39,759 bases of DNA from Minisyncoccia bacterium (GTDB lineage Bacteria; Patescibacteriota; Minisyncoccia; Phycocordibacterales; UBA9973), in the NCBI GenBank assembly GCA_038322745.1, contig JBBQGF010000003.1, forward strand, positions 1-39,759, read 5' to 3'. Below the pieces are notes generated by a model. It saw only the letters and a list, made by a program, of their open reading frames with translations. It searched no databases and was not told where the DNA came from. The position numbers and the translations under genes are program-made. Position 1 is the first letter of the stretch. Every line of letters starts with the position of its first letter. Below are positions 29,388 through 38,653 of the stretch, one piece after another.

Positions 29388-29510
29388 CTACAGTACGACC
29401 GCAAAAGCGAGAGCTGTAATCATAAGTAATAGAATTGTAACTGTTACGATTCGTTCAGAAATGCTTAAAAAATAAGCTTTTTTATCTCCCAGTATTAAGG
29501 AATCTTCCAT
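29388..29510 (-). CDS. Putative 40-aa small membrane protein
   Basis: MEDSLILGDKKAYFLSISERIVTVTILLLMITALAFAVVL*, with TTGACT-17-TACCCT upstream. Confidence 0.5.
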   Translation of the reverse strand: MEDSLILGDKKAYFLSISERIVTVTILLLMITALAFAVVL

Positions 29511-29600
29511 AAAAAGACCCTATATATAAGGGTAGCCTATAGGTAAAGTATAGTCAACTGGTTTATACACAGAAGAAAAATTATAACACGTAATCTCAAT

Positions 29601-29630
29601 TTGACAACTTTTATACCCAAGTGGTATAAT
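29601..29630 (+). promoter_or_regulatory. Consensus sigma70 promoter, leaderless
   Basis: TTGACA-18-TATAAT with extended TG; ATG follows 6 nt after the -10. Confidence 0.75.
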
Positions 29631-29636
29631 TATGGT

Positions 29637-32600
29637 ATGAAAACAGAAAAAAAATCTCCAGATAGTCTTTATGGAGAGGACAAAGAACAAATAGAATACG
29701 ATAGATTACAACAGAAGAAAGCAGATGATCTGACAGCTAAAATTGATAATGAGTTTAATAAAAGAAATGGTAATTTGACACAAAAAGAACCATTACATAG
29801 AAAAAAGATTGAAGAAAATAGTACCGTGGATGAAATAGCCGAGATATTAAAAAATAATACAATTGATCAGATTGTAATCGCAGGTGAAAAAATCAATCTC
29901 CCAGAATCTAAAGAAAAATTACAAGGTCTGAAACCTGATTTAGACGCATATACTGCACTTTACTTATTAAATAACTATAATAAAAAATCATTAGAGGATA
30001 CTTACGGAAAATACTCAAAAACATCTATTGTTAAAAAAGATGGTACTAGTGAGGATTTTCATGGAGATAAAAATATATCTGAAAAATTAATAGAGAGAGA
30101 TGAAAGCTTTATTAATAAATATAAAAATGATGACAAAGAAAGTATTAGAGTTTTTGTAGATACAGGGGGAGAATGGCTTAAAGTTGAAAAAGAAGGAGAG
30201 ACAACAACTATTTATATTGACCATCATGGTGAAGGGAAAAGATTACCAACATCAGGAACTAAAATGATGATGGAAATTATGGAAAAAGCAGGTATTTTAA
30301 AAGAGGTTCCCTTATGGCTACACAAATTTACTGAATTTGTTAATGATATAGATAATTTATCTTATCTAGAAAAGGAGAAAAATGGCAAAAAAATATTCAA
30401 TGAAAGTTATTTTAGAAATGAGTGGCCGAACTCTATGAATGCTTTAGCAGAAAAACAAATACCTTTTGAAACTTTTCTAGAATTATGTGAGTCAGGAAAA
30501 ATAAAAGATCCAAGCAAATCATTTACAGAAGATGATTTAAATGGGGAGTTAGGTAATTATAAAATTGGAGAAAATACAATAAAAGATTTATGTAGAATTC
30601 AGAGAGAAGAAGTTAATAATACTCTAATAGGAATAAAGAATTCAATAGACCACAACACAGAAAATGGGCTTCATCTAGAAACAAAAGAATTAGGTAAAAT
30701 AATATATCATGATTATTTTAAAATAAAAGGTAAATCTAATATAATTCTTGATCATTTAGCTATGAAAGCTACTGTAGCTAAGGGTTTCAATACTTATATT
30801 TCATGGAATGAAAATAAAAAATATAAAAGATTTTTTATAAATTCAGTGGAATCAAAAAGCTTAGACGAGATAACAAAAAGATTAAATGCAGTAGATCCGG
30901 GGTGTGCACTAGAGATAAGGGGAAGTTTTATCTTTGGTAAAATAAATAATTTAACAGAGGAACAATTTTTAAACATTATTAGTCCAGACATTTTAAAAAA
31001 TGTAAAACCAAAAATTGATAAAAAAAATAAAACAATAAATACATCTGAAACTAACAAAAAAGATGAAAAAACTCCAGAAGTAATTACAGACGGGGAATTC
31101 AATAATTTTGTTGATAGTAATTTAGTTGATGAAAAAATAATAAAAGATATTGCCGAAAAACATAAAAATCAAAAACCTTTATCTACAAGGGAGGAAGCTA
31201 TTTTTAATAACAACATACAAAAAGTAGAAAAAATATTATTAGAGAAAAAAGATTTGGAAAATAAAGTAGTAAAAGAAGAAAAATCAGATACAATAACTAC
31301 TGACACAGAAACAGAGAGTGTAATAGTAAAAAATGAAACTTTAGAAGAAAAAAAAGTTATTGAAAAAACTCAAGAATCAAAAGTTGAAAAAAATTTAGAA
31401 ATAGCTAGAGAAAGATATTTTTCAGAATATACAAAATGTAAAAAAGAAGCTGATAAGCAAAATCTAATAACAAGAACAAAAAATAAAATATTGAATATTT
31501 TTCGAAGTAAAGAAAACCAAAAAGAAACTAAATTAGAAGATTTTTTTACTGAGGAATTGAATGAGCAAAAAAAAGAATATGATAAAGCTAGAATAGAAAA
31601 GGGTAATGAGATGTATTCTATTAAAAAAGCTGAGCTAGAAAAATCTGGGCTAACGGGAAAAGATTTAGATACAGCTTTAACAAAATACAAAGCAACAGAA
31701 ATTCTTTCAAAAATAATAATAGAGGAAAAACAAAAACTATTAGATATAAGAGCAGAGAGTGCTCCTGTCAAAATAGCTCTATGGAAGAAAATGTTGGATG
31801 GCTATATGAAGATAAAGCCTAGATGGAAAAGGGTTGCATTAAGTACTGCACTTTTTACTGCAGCAGCAGGAGCAGGAATAGTAACAGGTGGAATGTTTGC
31901 TGGTTATGGACTTGCAACAATGGCAGGAATGAAGTTTGGATATAGTATGGCGATAGGTGCTTTTGCTGGACATTCAGCCAAAGGAATCGATTGGGCGAAG
32001 AGCGGTGCAGATGAGAGATTTAAAAAAGAACAGAATGAAAATAAATTAAAGCTACAAGAACAATTTTCTAAAAATGAAATTAGTATTGAAAAGTACGAAG
32101 AAGGAATAGTTTCACTTGAGTTAGCAGAAAAGAAACGTGCTCGAAATCGTACTTTATTAAAAGCAGGTGTTGGTATCGCAATCGCTGGAACTGCAGGATT
32201 TATGGCATATGATGCTATGGGTCATGGTATATCACATGCTGCTGTTGATGCTACTAGCGGACCTGCAGTACCACATTTTATTTCACATGGAACTGTCGAA
32301 GCAACTGCCGATCATGGTCAAGGTGCTATTTCAACAATCAAAGAACTTCAACATAATTTAAAAGTTGAATATGGAAATAATATAGAAAATGCTCCTGCTA
32401 GTGTGAAACATATTTTAAATACTGATGCTCATAAACTAGCACAAGAATACGGCATGTATAAACCGGGTCAAGATGCAGAAAGTGTATTAATAAAATCTGG
32501 TGAGAAATTTACTGTTGATGGAAATGGAAATGTAAAATTTGAAAACACTCTTCTTGAAAAAGGAAGTGATTTAAAAGGAAGTGCAACATACGAAGGTAGA

Positions 32601-33590
32601 ATGGTTGATACAGATCATTCAGGGATGAAAACTGGTGGAAATCTTAATCAAGATACTTTAAATCAAAAAGTACTTCCCAATGAAAGCATGCAGGACTCAC
32701 TAAATAATAATGTTTCACCTTCTGAAATAAATGGTGAAACTATTATTAGTGGAGACAACACAACAGGAGTAAACCAAGACTTAATAAATAATGAGGTATT
32801 ACCTGATGGTGTTAATCAAGATATTATAAATAATAATGTTTCACCTGAAGGAATATCGACTGATCCAGGAAACTTCATTGATAACGTAGACAATTTAAAA
32901 CATTTAGATTTTCAAAATCCAGACCATGTTATATCATTAACAGATAATAATGCTTCTCTTAAGATGCAATTCCACTATGATCCAGATGGTAATGTTGATG
33001 GAGTTGACGTAGGTGGAAACACTTACAACTCAGGAGAAAATCCATATGTACTTGCTTCAGAAATACAGAAGCTAGATAATCACACACAACTAGATGCGGA
33101 TATAGATATATTTAAAATGACCTCAGAAGCTAGATTTCTAGATAAGATACCACAAGATACATATGAGTATAAATACTTATTACATGAGGTAGTAGGAAAA
33201 CAAAAAGATATAATTGAAAATTATGGAAACGTACTTAATCCTGATAAATTAGTTGGTGATGCAGCAGAAACAGTAAGTCATGTTAAAAATGCAGTCGAAA
33301 TTACATCTGAACAATTAAAATTATTGAATGACGAAAACATCCATCATTTATTTCCAGGTGAGAATGGAATGAAAATTTGGGAAAATATAAAAAATAATCC
33401 AGTTCGTACTTCTATAGATATAAAAGTAACTGATGTAGCAAAAAATTATACTGATTTTATTTCTCAGATACATAAAATTCATAATGTAACAGGACTCTCT
33501 CCAGATATAAATGAGTCAAATGGTGAATACATAATACGTGCTACAAAGTATTTAGCAGAGAAGGGAAGATTAAATGAGATTAAATTATAA
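29637..33590 (+). CDS. Large multidomain protein: DHH-like N-terminal domain, coiled coil, Gly/Ala-rich hydrophobic helices, repeat-containing C-terminus
   Basis: KPDLDA, VFVDTG, IYIDHH, SGT, DID motifs in DHH order. The ORF-track TTG start is the -35 hexamer, so ATG 29637 is preferred. Confidence 0.8.
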   Translation: MKTEKKSPDSLYGEDKEQIEYDRLQQKKADDLTAKIDNEFNKRNGNLTQKEPLHRKKIEENSTVDEIAEILKNNTIDQIVIAGEKINLPESKEKLQGLKPDLDAYTALYLLNNYNKKSLEDTYGKYSKTSIVKKDGTSEDFHGDKNISEKLIERDESFINKYKNDDKESIRVFVDTGGEWLKVEKEGETTTIYIDHHGEGKRLPTSGTKMMMEIMEKAGILKEVPLWLHKFTEFVNDIDNLSYLEKEKNGKKIFNESYFRNEWPNSMNALAEKQIPFETFLELCESGKIKDPSKSFTEDDLNGELGNYKIGENTIKDLCRIQREEVNNTLIGIKNSIDHNTENGLHLETKELGKIIYHDYFKIKGKSNIILDHLAMKATVAKGFNTYISWNENKKYKRFFINSVESKSLDEITKRLNAVDPGCALEIRGSFIFGKINNLTEEQFLNIISPDILKNVKPKIDKKNKTINTSETNKKDEKTPEVITDGEFNNFVDSNLVDEKIIKDIAEKHKNQKPLSTREEAIFNNNIQKVEKILLEKKDLENKVVKEEKSDTITTDTETESVIVKNETLEEKKVIEKTQESKVEKNLEIARERYFSEYTKCKKEADKQNLITRTKNKILNIFRSKENQKETKLEDFFTEELNEQKKEYDKARIEKGNEMYSIKKAELEKSGLTGKDLDTALTKYKATEILSKIIIEEKQKLLDIRAESAPVKIALWKKMLDGYMKIKPRWKRVALSTALFTAAAGAGIVTGGMFAGYGLATMAGMKFGYSMAIGAFAGHSAKGIDWAKSGADERFKKEQNENKLKLQEQFSKNEISIEKYEEGIVSLELAEKKRARNRTLLKAGVGIAIAGTAGFMAYDAMGHGISHAAVDATSGPAVPHFISHGTVEATADHGQGAISTIKELQHNLKVEYGNNIENAPASVKHILNTDAHKLAQEYGMYKPGQDAESVLIKSGEKFTVDGNGNVKFENTLLEKGSDLKGSATYEGRMVDTDHSGMKTGGNLNQDTLNQKVLPNESMQDSLNNNVSPSEINGETIISGDNTTGVNQDLINNEVLPDGVNQDIINNNVSPEGISTDPGNFIDNVDNLKHLDFQNPDHVISLTDNNASLKMQFHYDPDGNVDGVDVGGNTYNSGENPYVLASEIQKLDNHTQLDADIDIFKMTSEARFLDKIPQDTYEYKYLLHEVVGKQKDIIENYGNVLNPDKLVGDAAETVSHVKNAVEITSEQLKLLNDENIHHLFPGENGMKIWENIKNNPVRTSIDIKVTDVAKNYTDFISQIHKIHNVTGLSPDINESNGEYIIRATKYLAEKGRLNEIKL

Positions 33591-33606
33591 ATAATTAAAA
33601 AAATAT

Positions 33607-33915
33607 ATGTTCAATGAAATAAATAAAAACATAGTAGTTACATTGGGAATAAATATGTTACCAGTAGAAAATCAAAAAGAAGCAATGGAACGTCTCGGGG
33701 CAATTGTTTATCAAGAAGTAATGCTACGAGCATTAGATATTTTGACCGAGGAAGATAAAGATGCATTTGAAAAAATAATTGAAAAAGATTCAAACCCTGA
33801 AACATTGTTTGGATTTCTATCAGAAAAAATTCCCAATCTAGATGAAATTGTAAGAGAGGAAGCAGAAAATCTCAGAAAAGAAAGTTCAGATATTATGAGT
33901 GAGATTGGTAAATAA
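33607..33915 (+). CDS. Small acidic helical protein (DUF5663-like)
   Basis: LGINMLP.E.Q...LG...LTEEDKDAF...FL.EKIPNLDEIV pattern; family call is from recall. Confidence 0.7.
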   Translation: MFNEINKNIVVTLGINMLPVENQKEAMERLGAIVYQEVMLRALDILTEEDKDAFEKIIEKDSNPETLFGFLSEKIPNLDEIVREEAENLRKESSDIMSEIGK

Positions 33916-33923
33916 TAAATATT

Positions 33924-33951
33924 ATAAAATAGCCTCAAATGGGGCTATTTT
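33924..33951 (+). terminator. Intrinsic terminator
   Basis: AAAATAGCCTC-AAAT-GGGGCTATTTT. Confidence 0.65.
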
Positions 33952-33974
33952 TATATTTATGTTAAAATGAATCG

Positions 33975-35903
33975 ATGCAGTATCTTGAAACATTAAATGA
34001 AAAACAAAAAGAGGCAGTCCTTTATACAGACGGGCCTCTTTTGATTGTAGCTGGAGCTGGTGCTGGTAAAACAAAAACAATAACTCACCGAATAATACAT
34101 TTAATACACAAAGGGATAAATCCATCTTCAATATTAGCTGTGACTTTCACAAATAAAGCTGCTAAAGAAATGAAAGATAGGGTGATGAAATTATTAGAGG
34201 AGAAAGAACATGGTCTTGAGTTTCCACTATCAAACTCAAACATTCCTTTTGTTTCTACTTTTCATTCACTTGGTGTTCATATTATAAAAGAAAATGCTCA
34301 CCTCATAGGTTTAACAAAACACTTCTCTATAATAGATGAGAGTGATGCCATTTCAATAATAAAAGAAGTTATGAGGGAGCATGATATCGATCCTAAACTA
34401 CATGAGCCTCGTAAAATTAAAAGTATTATTTCTAAATCAAAAGGAGATTTTATAAACCTAGATACATTTAGGAGGAATGTTTCTAGCAGTATTCAGAGTA
34501 TTGTTGCTACAGTTTGGGCAGGATATGAATCAAAATTAAAAAAAGAAAAAGCCCTCGATTTTGATGACCTTCTTCTTGAATCAGTTCTAATTTTACGGAA
34601 ATTTCCAGAAGTAAAAAATAAATATTTAAATAAATGGGAATATGTTCACATAGATGAATACCAGGATACAAATGAAGTTCAATATGAAATGACAAAACTT
34701 CTCGTTGGTGAAAAACAAAACATCTGTGTTGTTGGAGATACTGATCAAAATATTTACAGTTGGAGAGGCGCCAACATAAAAAACATGCTTCATTTTGAAA
34801 AAGATTATCCAAATACAAAAATAGTAATGCTTGAGCAAAACTATCGTTCAACTAGGAATATCATAGAAGCTGCAAATACTGTAATTGAAAAAAATCAGTA
34901 CAGAGTACCAAAAACTTTATTCACTAAAAATGTAGAGGGAGAACAAATAGTAGTTTGCGAAGCATATGATGAAGTTTGTGAAGCAGAATTTGTAGCACAA
35001 GAAATAGATAAATTATTAGTGGATAATAAACCAGAAAATGTAGCTGTTCTTTACCGTGCAAATTTCCAGTCGAGAATATTAGAAGAGGCATTACTTGGTA
35101 AAGGAATTCCATATCAAGTTCTTGGAACAAAATTCTTTGACCGTCGTGAAATCAAAGACATCATCTCATATATCAAAGCGAGTTTAAATAAAGAAAGTCT
35201 AACAGATATAAAAAGAATAATAAATACTCCTACTCGTGGTATAGGAAAGGTTACAATAACAAAACTTTTTTCTGGACAATTTACCGACTTACCAGCAACT
35301 ATGCAAACAAAAATTAATAAATTTTATTCCTTACTTGATGATATAAAAAATTATTCAGAAACAAATAAACCATCAGAGGTTGTTAAATATATAATAGAAA
35401 AAAGTGGGTTAGAAGAAGAGTTGTCCCATGGAACAAATGAAGATATGGAGAAGTTAGAAAACATGAAAGAACTTGTGACCCTGTGTATGAAGTATGACGT
35501 AATGGAAACTGATGGTATAGATAAATTACTTGAAGATGCATCACTTGCTTCTGATCAAGATACTTTAATGCATAAAGGTAGCGGAGTTAGACTTATGACA
35601 GTTCATGCTTCAAAAGGATTAGAATTTAAATATGTTTTTATTACAGGCCTTGAGCAAGACCTCTTCCCTCATTCACGCGTAGGAAATACATCAAAAGATG
35701 CAAAAGAAGAAGAGAGAAGACTTTTTTATGTAGCTCTAACTAGAGCTGAGAAAAAATTATTCCTGACATATGCCACATTGCGTACTATTTTTGGAATGAA
35801 ACAAGTAAATAGCCCAAGTGAATTCATTTATGATATACCAGCTCATTTAACAGAATTCACACAAGCAAGCTCTAGAAGTGGAGAAAAAATAGTATATTTA
35901 TAA
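33975..35903 (+). CDS. pcrA: PcrA/UvrD superfamily 1 DNA helicase
   Basis: AGAGAGKT, TFTNKAA, DEYQDTN, VGDTDQNIYSWRGA, QNYRS, TVHASKGLEF, EERRLFYVALTRA. Confidence 0.95.
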   Translation: MQYLETLNEKQKEAVLYTDGPLLIVAGAGAGKTKTITHRIIHLIHKGINPSSILAVTFTNKAAKEMKDRVMKLLEEKEHGLEFPLSNSNIPFVSTFHSLGVHIIKENAHLIGLTKHFSIIDESDAISIIKEVMREHDIDPKLHEPRKIKSIISKSKGDFINLDTFRRNVSSSIQSIVATVWAGYESKLKKEKALDFDDLLLESVLILRKFPEVKNKYLNKWEYVHIDEYQDTNEVQYEMTKLLVGEKQNICVVGDTDQNIYSWRGANIKNMLHFEKDYPNTKIVMLEQNYRSTRNIIEAANTVIEKNQYRVPKTLFTKNVEGEQIVVCEAYDEVCEAEFVAQEIDKLLVDNKPENVAVLYRANFQSRILEEALLGKGIPYQVLGTKFFDRREIKDIISYIKASLNKESLTDIKRIINTPTRGIGKVTITKLFSGQFTDLPATMQTKINKFYSLLDDIKNYSETNKPSEVVKYIIEKSGLEEELSHGTNEDMEKLENMKELVTLCMKYDVMETDGIDKLLEDASLASDQDTLMHKGSGVRLMTVHASKGLEFKYVFITGLEQDLFPHSRVGNTSKDAKEEERRLFYVALTRAEKKLFLTYATLRTIFGMKQVNSPSEFIYDIPAHLTEFTQASSRSGEKIVYL

Positions 35904-35907
35904 AACA

Positions 35908-35936
35908 TTGTCCATATCCGATATGGACTGTATAAT
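35908..35936 (+). promoter_or_regulatory. Promoter of the RAYT-like gene with a REP-like palindrome in its spacer
   Basis: TTGTCC-17-TATAAT; palindrome GTCCATATC-C-GATATGGAC at 35910-35928. Confidence 0.7.
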
Positions 35937-35945
35937 AAATAATAT

Positions 35946-36623
35946 ATGACTAGATTAACAAAATTTACCCCAGGAGAATTTTTCCATATATACAATAGAG
36001 GTACTAATAAAATGGAAATTTTTAGTGATAATTTTGATCGTGAAAGATTTCAAAATTTACTTTATCTTGTGAATAGTAAACAAACAGTAAAATATTCTGA
36101 TTTAGAATCAAAAAAATTTAATTCAGAAATGGTATGGTTATTAGAAAGAGGGGAAACACTTGTTAATATTGGAGCATATTCACTTATGCCTAATCATTTT
36201 CATTTACTAATACAATCTAAAAATGAAAAAGATACAGCCATATTTATAAAAAGGCTTTTAATAAGTCATTCAAAGTATTTCAATAAAAAATATGACCGAT
36301 CTGGATCTTTGTTTCAAGGAAAATCTAAATCACAACACATAACAAATGATAGATATTTGAAATATATATTTTCTTATATACATTTAAATATTATTAAATT
36401 AATACAAAAAGATTGGAAAGAGACTGGAATCAGTGATATAAATATAGCACTTGAGTATTTATCAAAATATAAATACTCAAGTTATTTAGACTTTTCAGAA
36501 ATAGAAAGAATCGAATCAAAAATACTCGAGAAGACAGCATTTCCGAACTATTATTTATCTTCTGATTCTTTTAAAAAAGAAATCTTTGAATGGTTAAACT
36601 ATAATACAAATGAAAAAATATAA
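35946..36623 (+). mobile_element. REP-associated tyrosine transposase (RAYT / Y1 HUH nuclease)
   Basis: FHIYNRG, YSLMPNHFHLL (HUH), YFNKKY..SGSLFQG, YIHLN (catalytic Tyr), YKYSSY; no tnpB. Confidence 0.85.
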
Positions 36624-37569
36624 AAAAAATATAGATACAGGACTTAAACCTATTAAATATAGAAAGGGAAGTGATTTGTCCATATCGGATATGGACAAAA
36701 AGAAAGAATACGGTATAAATATACAGCATAGGGCTAAGAAATCTATGGGGCAAAATTTTCTCAAATCTCAATCTGCATTAAACAAGATGTGTGAGGCAGG
36801 AGAGGTTAAAAATACTGATATAGTGGTTGAAATAGGTCCAGGTAAGGGTGCTTTAACTGAAAAACTACTAGAAAAAGCCTTAAAAGTCATAGCAGTAGAG
36901 AAAGACCGTGATTTGATAGATATTTTGACTGAAAAATTTAAAAAAGAAATAAAGAGTGGAAAACTTCTCGTTTTAAATGAAGATATTATGTTTTTTAACC
37001 CTAATAAACAAGGGCTATATGAGGGTGGCTACAAAATAATAGCCAATATACCCTATAATATTACTGGTTCTATTATTAGAAAGTTCTTATCTGAAGTAGA
37101 AAGACCAAATACTATGACTATTTTGGTCCAATACGAAGTTGCAAAACGTATTTGTGTTAATACAACCTCTTTAAATATAAAAGGGTTAATTCCCACACCG
37201 GGTGTGGAAATTAGTGAAAAGGAAAGTATTTTATCACTTAGTGTGAAGGCTTATGGAACACCTAAATACATAATGAAGGTTAATAAACGTTTTTTTTCAC
37301 CAAGTCCAAAGGTTGATTCAGCTATTATATCTATAAATAACATCTCAAATAAATTTTTTAAAGATAAAAATAATGAAAACTCCTTTTTTACACTTATGAA
37401 AGCTGGTTTTGCGCACAAACGCAAGGTTTTACGCAAGAATCTAGAGGAAATTGAAGGTGGAGTAGAAATAATAGATAAAATATTTAATGAACTGAATATT
37501 AATCCAAAAACTAGGGCTGAAGATATATCTTTTGATAAATGGTTGTCTATTAGTGAAAAACTTGGGTAA
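36610..37569 (+). CDS. rsmA: 16S rRNA m6,2A dimethyltransferase (start uncertain: 36610 or 36691)
   Basis: AKKSMGQNFL, VEIGPGKGALT, ANIPYNIT, FSPSPKVDSA, F.HKRK.L, RAE. Confidence 0.95.
   Translation: MKKYKKNIDTGLKPIKYRKGSDLSISDMDKKKEYGINIQHRAKKSMGQNFLKSQSALNKMCEAGEVKNTDIVVEIGPGKGALTEKLLEKALKVIAVEKDRDLIDILTEKFKKEIKSGKLLVLNEDIMFFNPNKQGLYEGGYKIIANIPYNITGSIIRKFLSEVERPNTMTILVQYEVAKRICVNTTSLNIKGLIPTPGVEISEKESILSLSVKAYGTPKYIMKVNKRFFSPSPKVDSAIISINNISNKFFKDKNNENSFFTLMKAGFAHKRKVLRKNLEEIEGGVEIIDKIFNELNINPKTRAEDISFDKWLSISEKLG
36675..36699. repeat. Second REP-like palindrome, inverted relative to the 35910 copy
   Basis: TTTGTCCATATC-G-GATATGGACAAA. Confidence 0.85.
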
Positions 37570-37737
37570 TCAAATTAAGTATTTTTAAATACAAATAAAT
37601 TTTAAAAATATCGAGTAATCAATTTTTTAATTTATCACTGTGGATTTATAATTAATAATATTTTTTACAAATATAAATTATTATTTACATAATCTTATGG
37701 CATTTTTTATATTTAAGTAGTATAATATTTAAATAAA

Positions 37738-38619
37738 ATGAAGAGAGAATATTTACCTAGTAAATTATTTATGTTTGTTGTTGCTTTTATTATATTAATA
37801 CTAGCGGTAGTTTTTGGTATTACAAAATTAGTTTCCTATTTTAAAAATAAAAGTAGTAATAATGCAAAAGCCCCAAAAGCCGTTATTATACAAGACTTAG
37901 TTCAAAAAGATGCTAACAATAACGGAATAGCAGATTGGGAAGAATACCTATGGGGACTTGACCCAAATAAAAATGGTCCTGAAAATAAAGAATTTATTTT
38001 AGCCAAAAAGAAAACACTATTACAAAACGAAGACGGAACAACAAATGATAGTAATGAAAAGATTACAGAAAATGAGTCGATTTCTAGACAGTTTTTTGCG
38101 ACTATTATATCACTACAACAAACAGGAGAACTAAACCCTGAGTCTATAAAATCTGTTTCTGATTCTTTTGGAAAAAATGTTGAGAGTATTGAGATAACTG
38201 ATATTTATAACAATAGTATGATGACTATTGTAAATGATGGAACTCTAGCTAAAACAAATTACGAAAATGCGTTGACAAAACTTGTAATTAAATATCAAGA
38301 TGCAGACATAGGTAATGAATTGAACTTTATTATCCAAGGATTAAACAATAAAGACTTTGCTGCTTTATATGCAGCTAAAAGTATAGCAGAAGCATATCAA
38401 TCATTCGGGAGGGAATTCATTAAAATACCAACTCCTAGGTCTCTGATTCAAACTCATTTAAGTGCAGCAAATAATTACGAAAAAGTAGGTCAAACAATAA
38501 CAGGTCTAACTCAAGTCTTATCTGACCCTATAGTTGGTATGAGAGCAATCCAAAATTACAAAAAATACAGTGATGTACTAGGAAATGACCTTGATAAAAT
38601 TTCATTATTTTTGCAATAA
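37738..38619 (+). CDS. Membrane-anchored protein with a Ca-binding TSP3-like motif
   Basis: N-terminal TM; DANNNGIADWEEYLWGLDP motif; helical C-terminus. Confidence 0.75.
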   Translation: MKREYLPSKLFMFVVAFIILILAVVFGITKLVSYFKNKSSNNAKAPKAVIIQDLVQKDANNNGIADWEEYLWGLDPNKNGPENKEFILAKKKTLLQNEDGTTNDSNEKITENESISRQFFATIISLQQTGELNPESIKSVSDSFGKNVESIEITDIYNNSMMTIVNDGTLAKTNYENALTKLVIKYQDADIGNELNFIIQGLNNKDFAALYAAKSIAEAYQSFGREFIKIPTPRSLIQTHLSAANNYEKVGQTITGLTQVLSDPIVGMRAIQNYKKYSDVLGNDLDKISLFLQ

Positions 38620-38653
38620 ATAACAATAAGGTGGTATAATAAAAATATTAATT

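Noticed and set aside
35946-36623. IS200/IS605 insertion sequence
   Set aside because: Longer than IS200 TnpA, has RAYT-type motifs and no tnpB.
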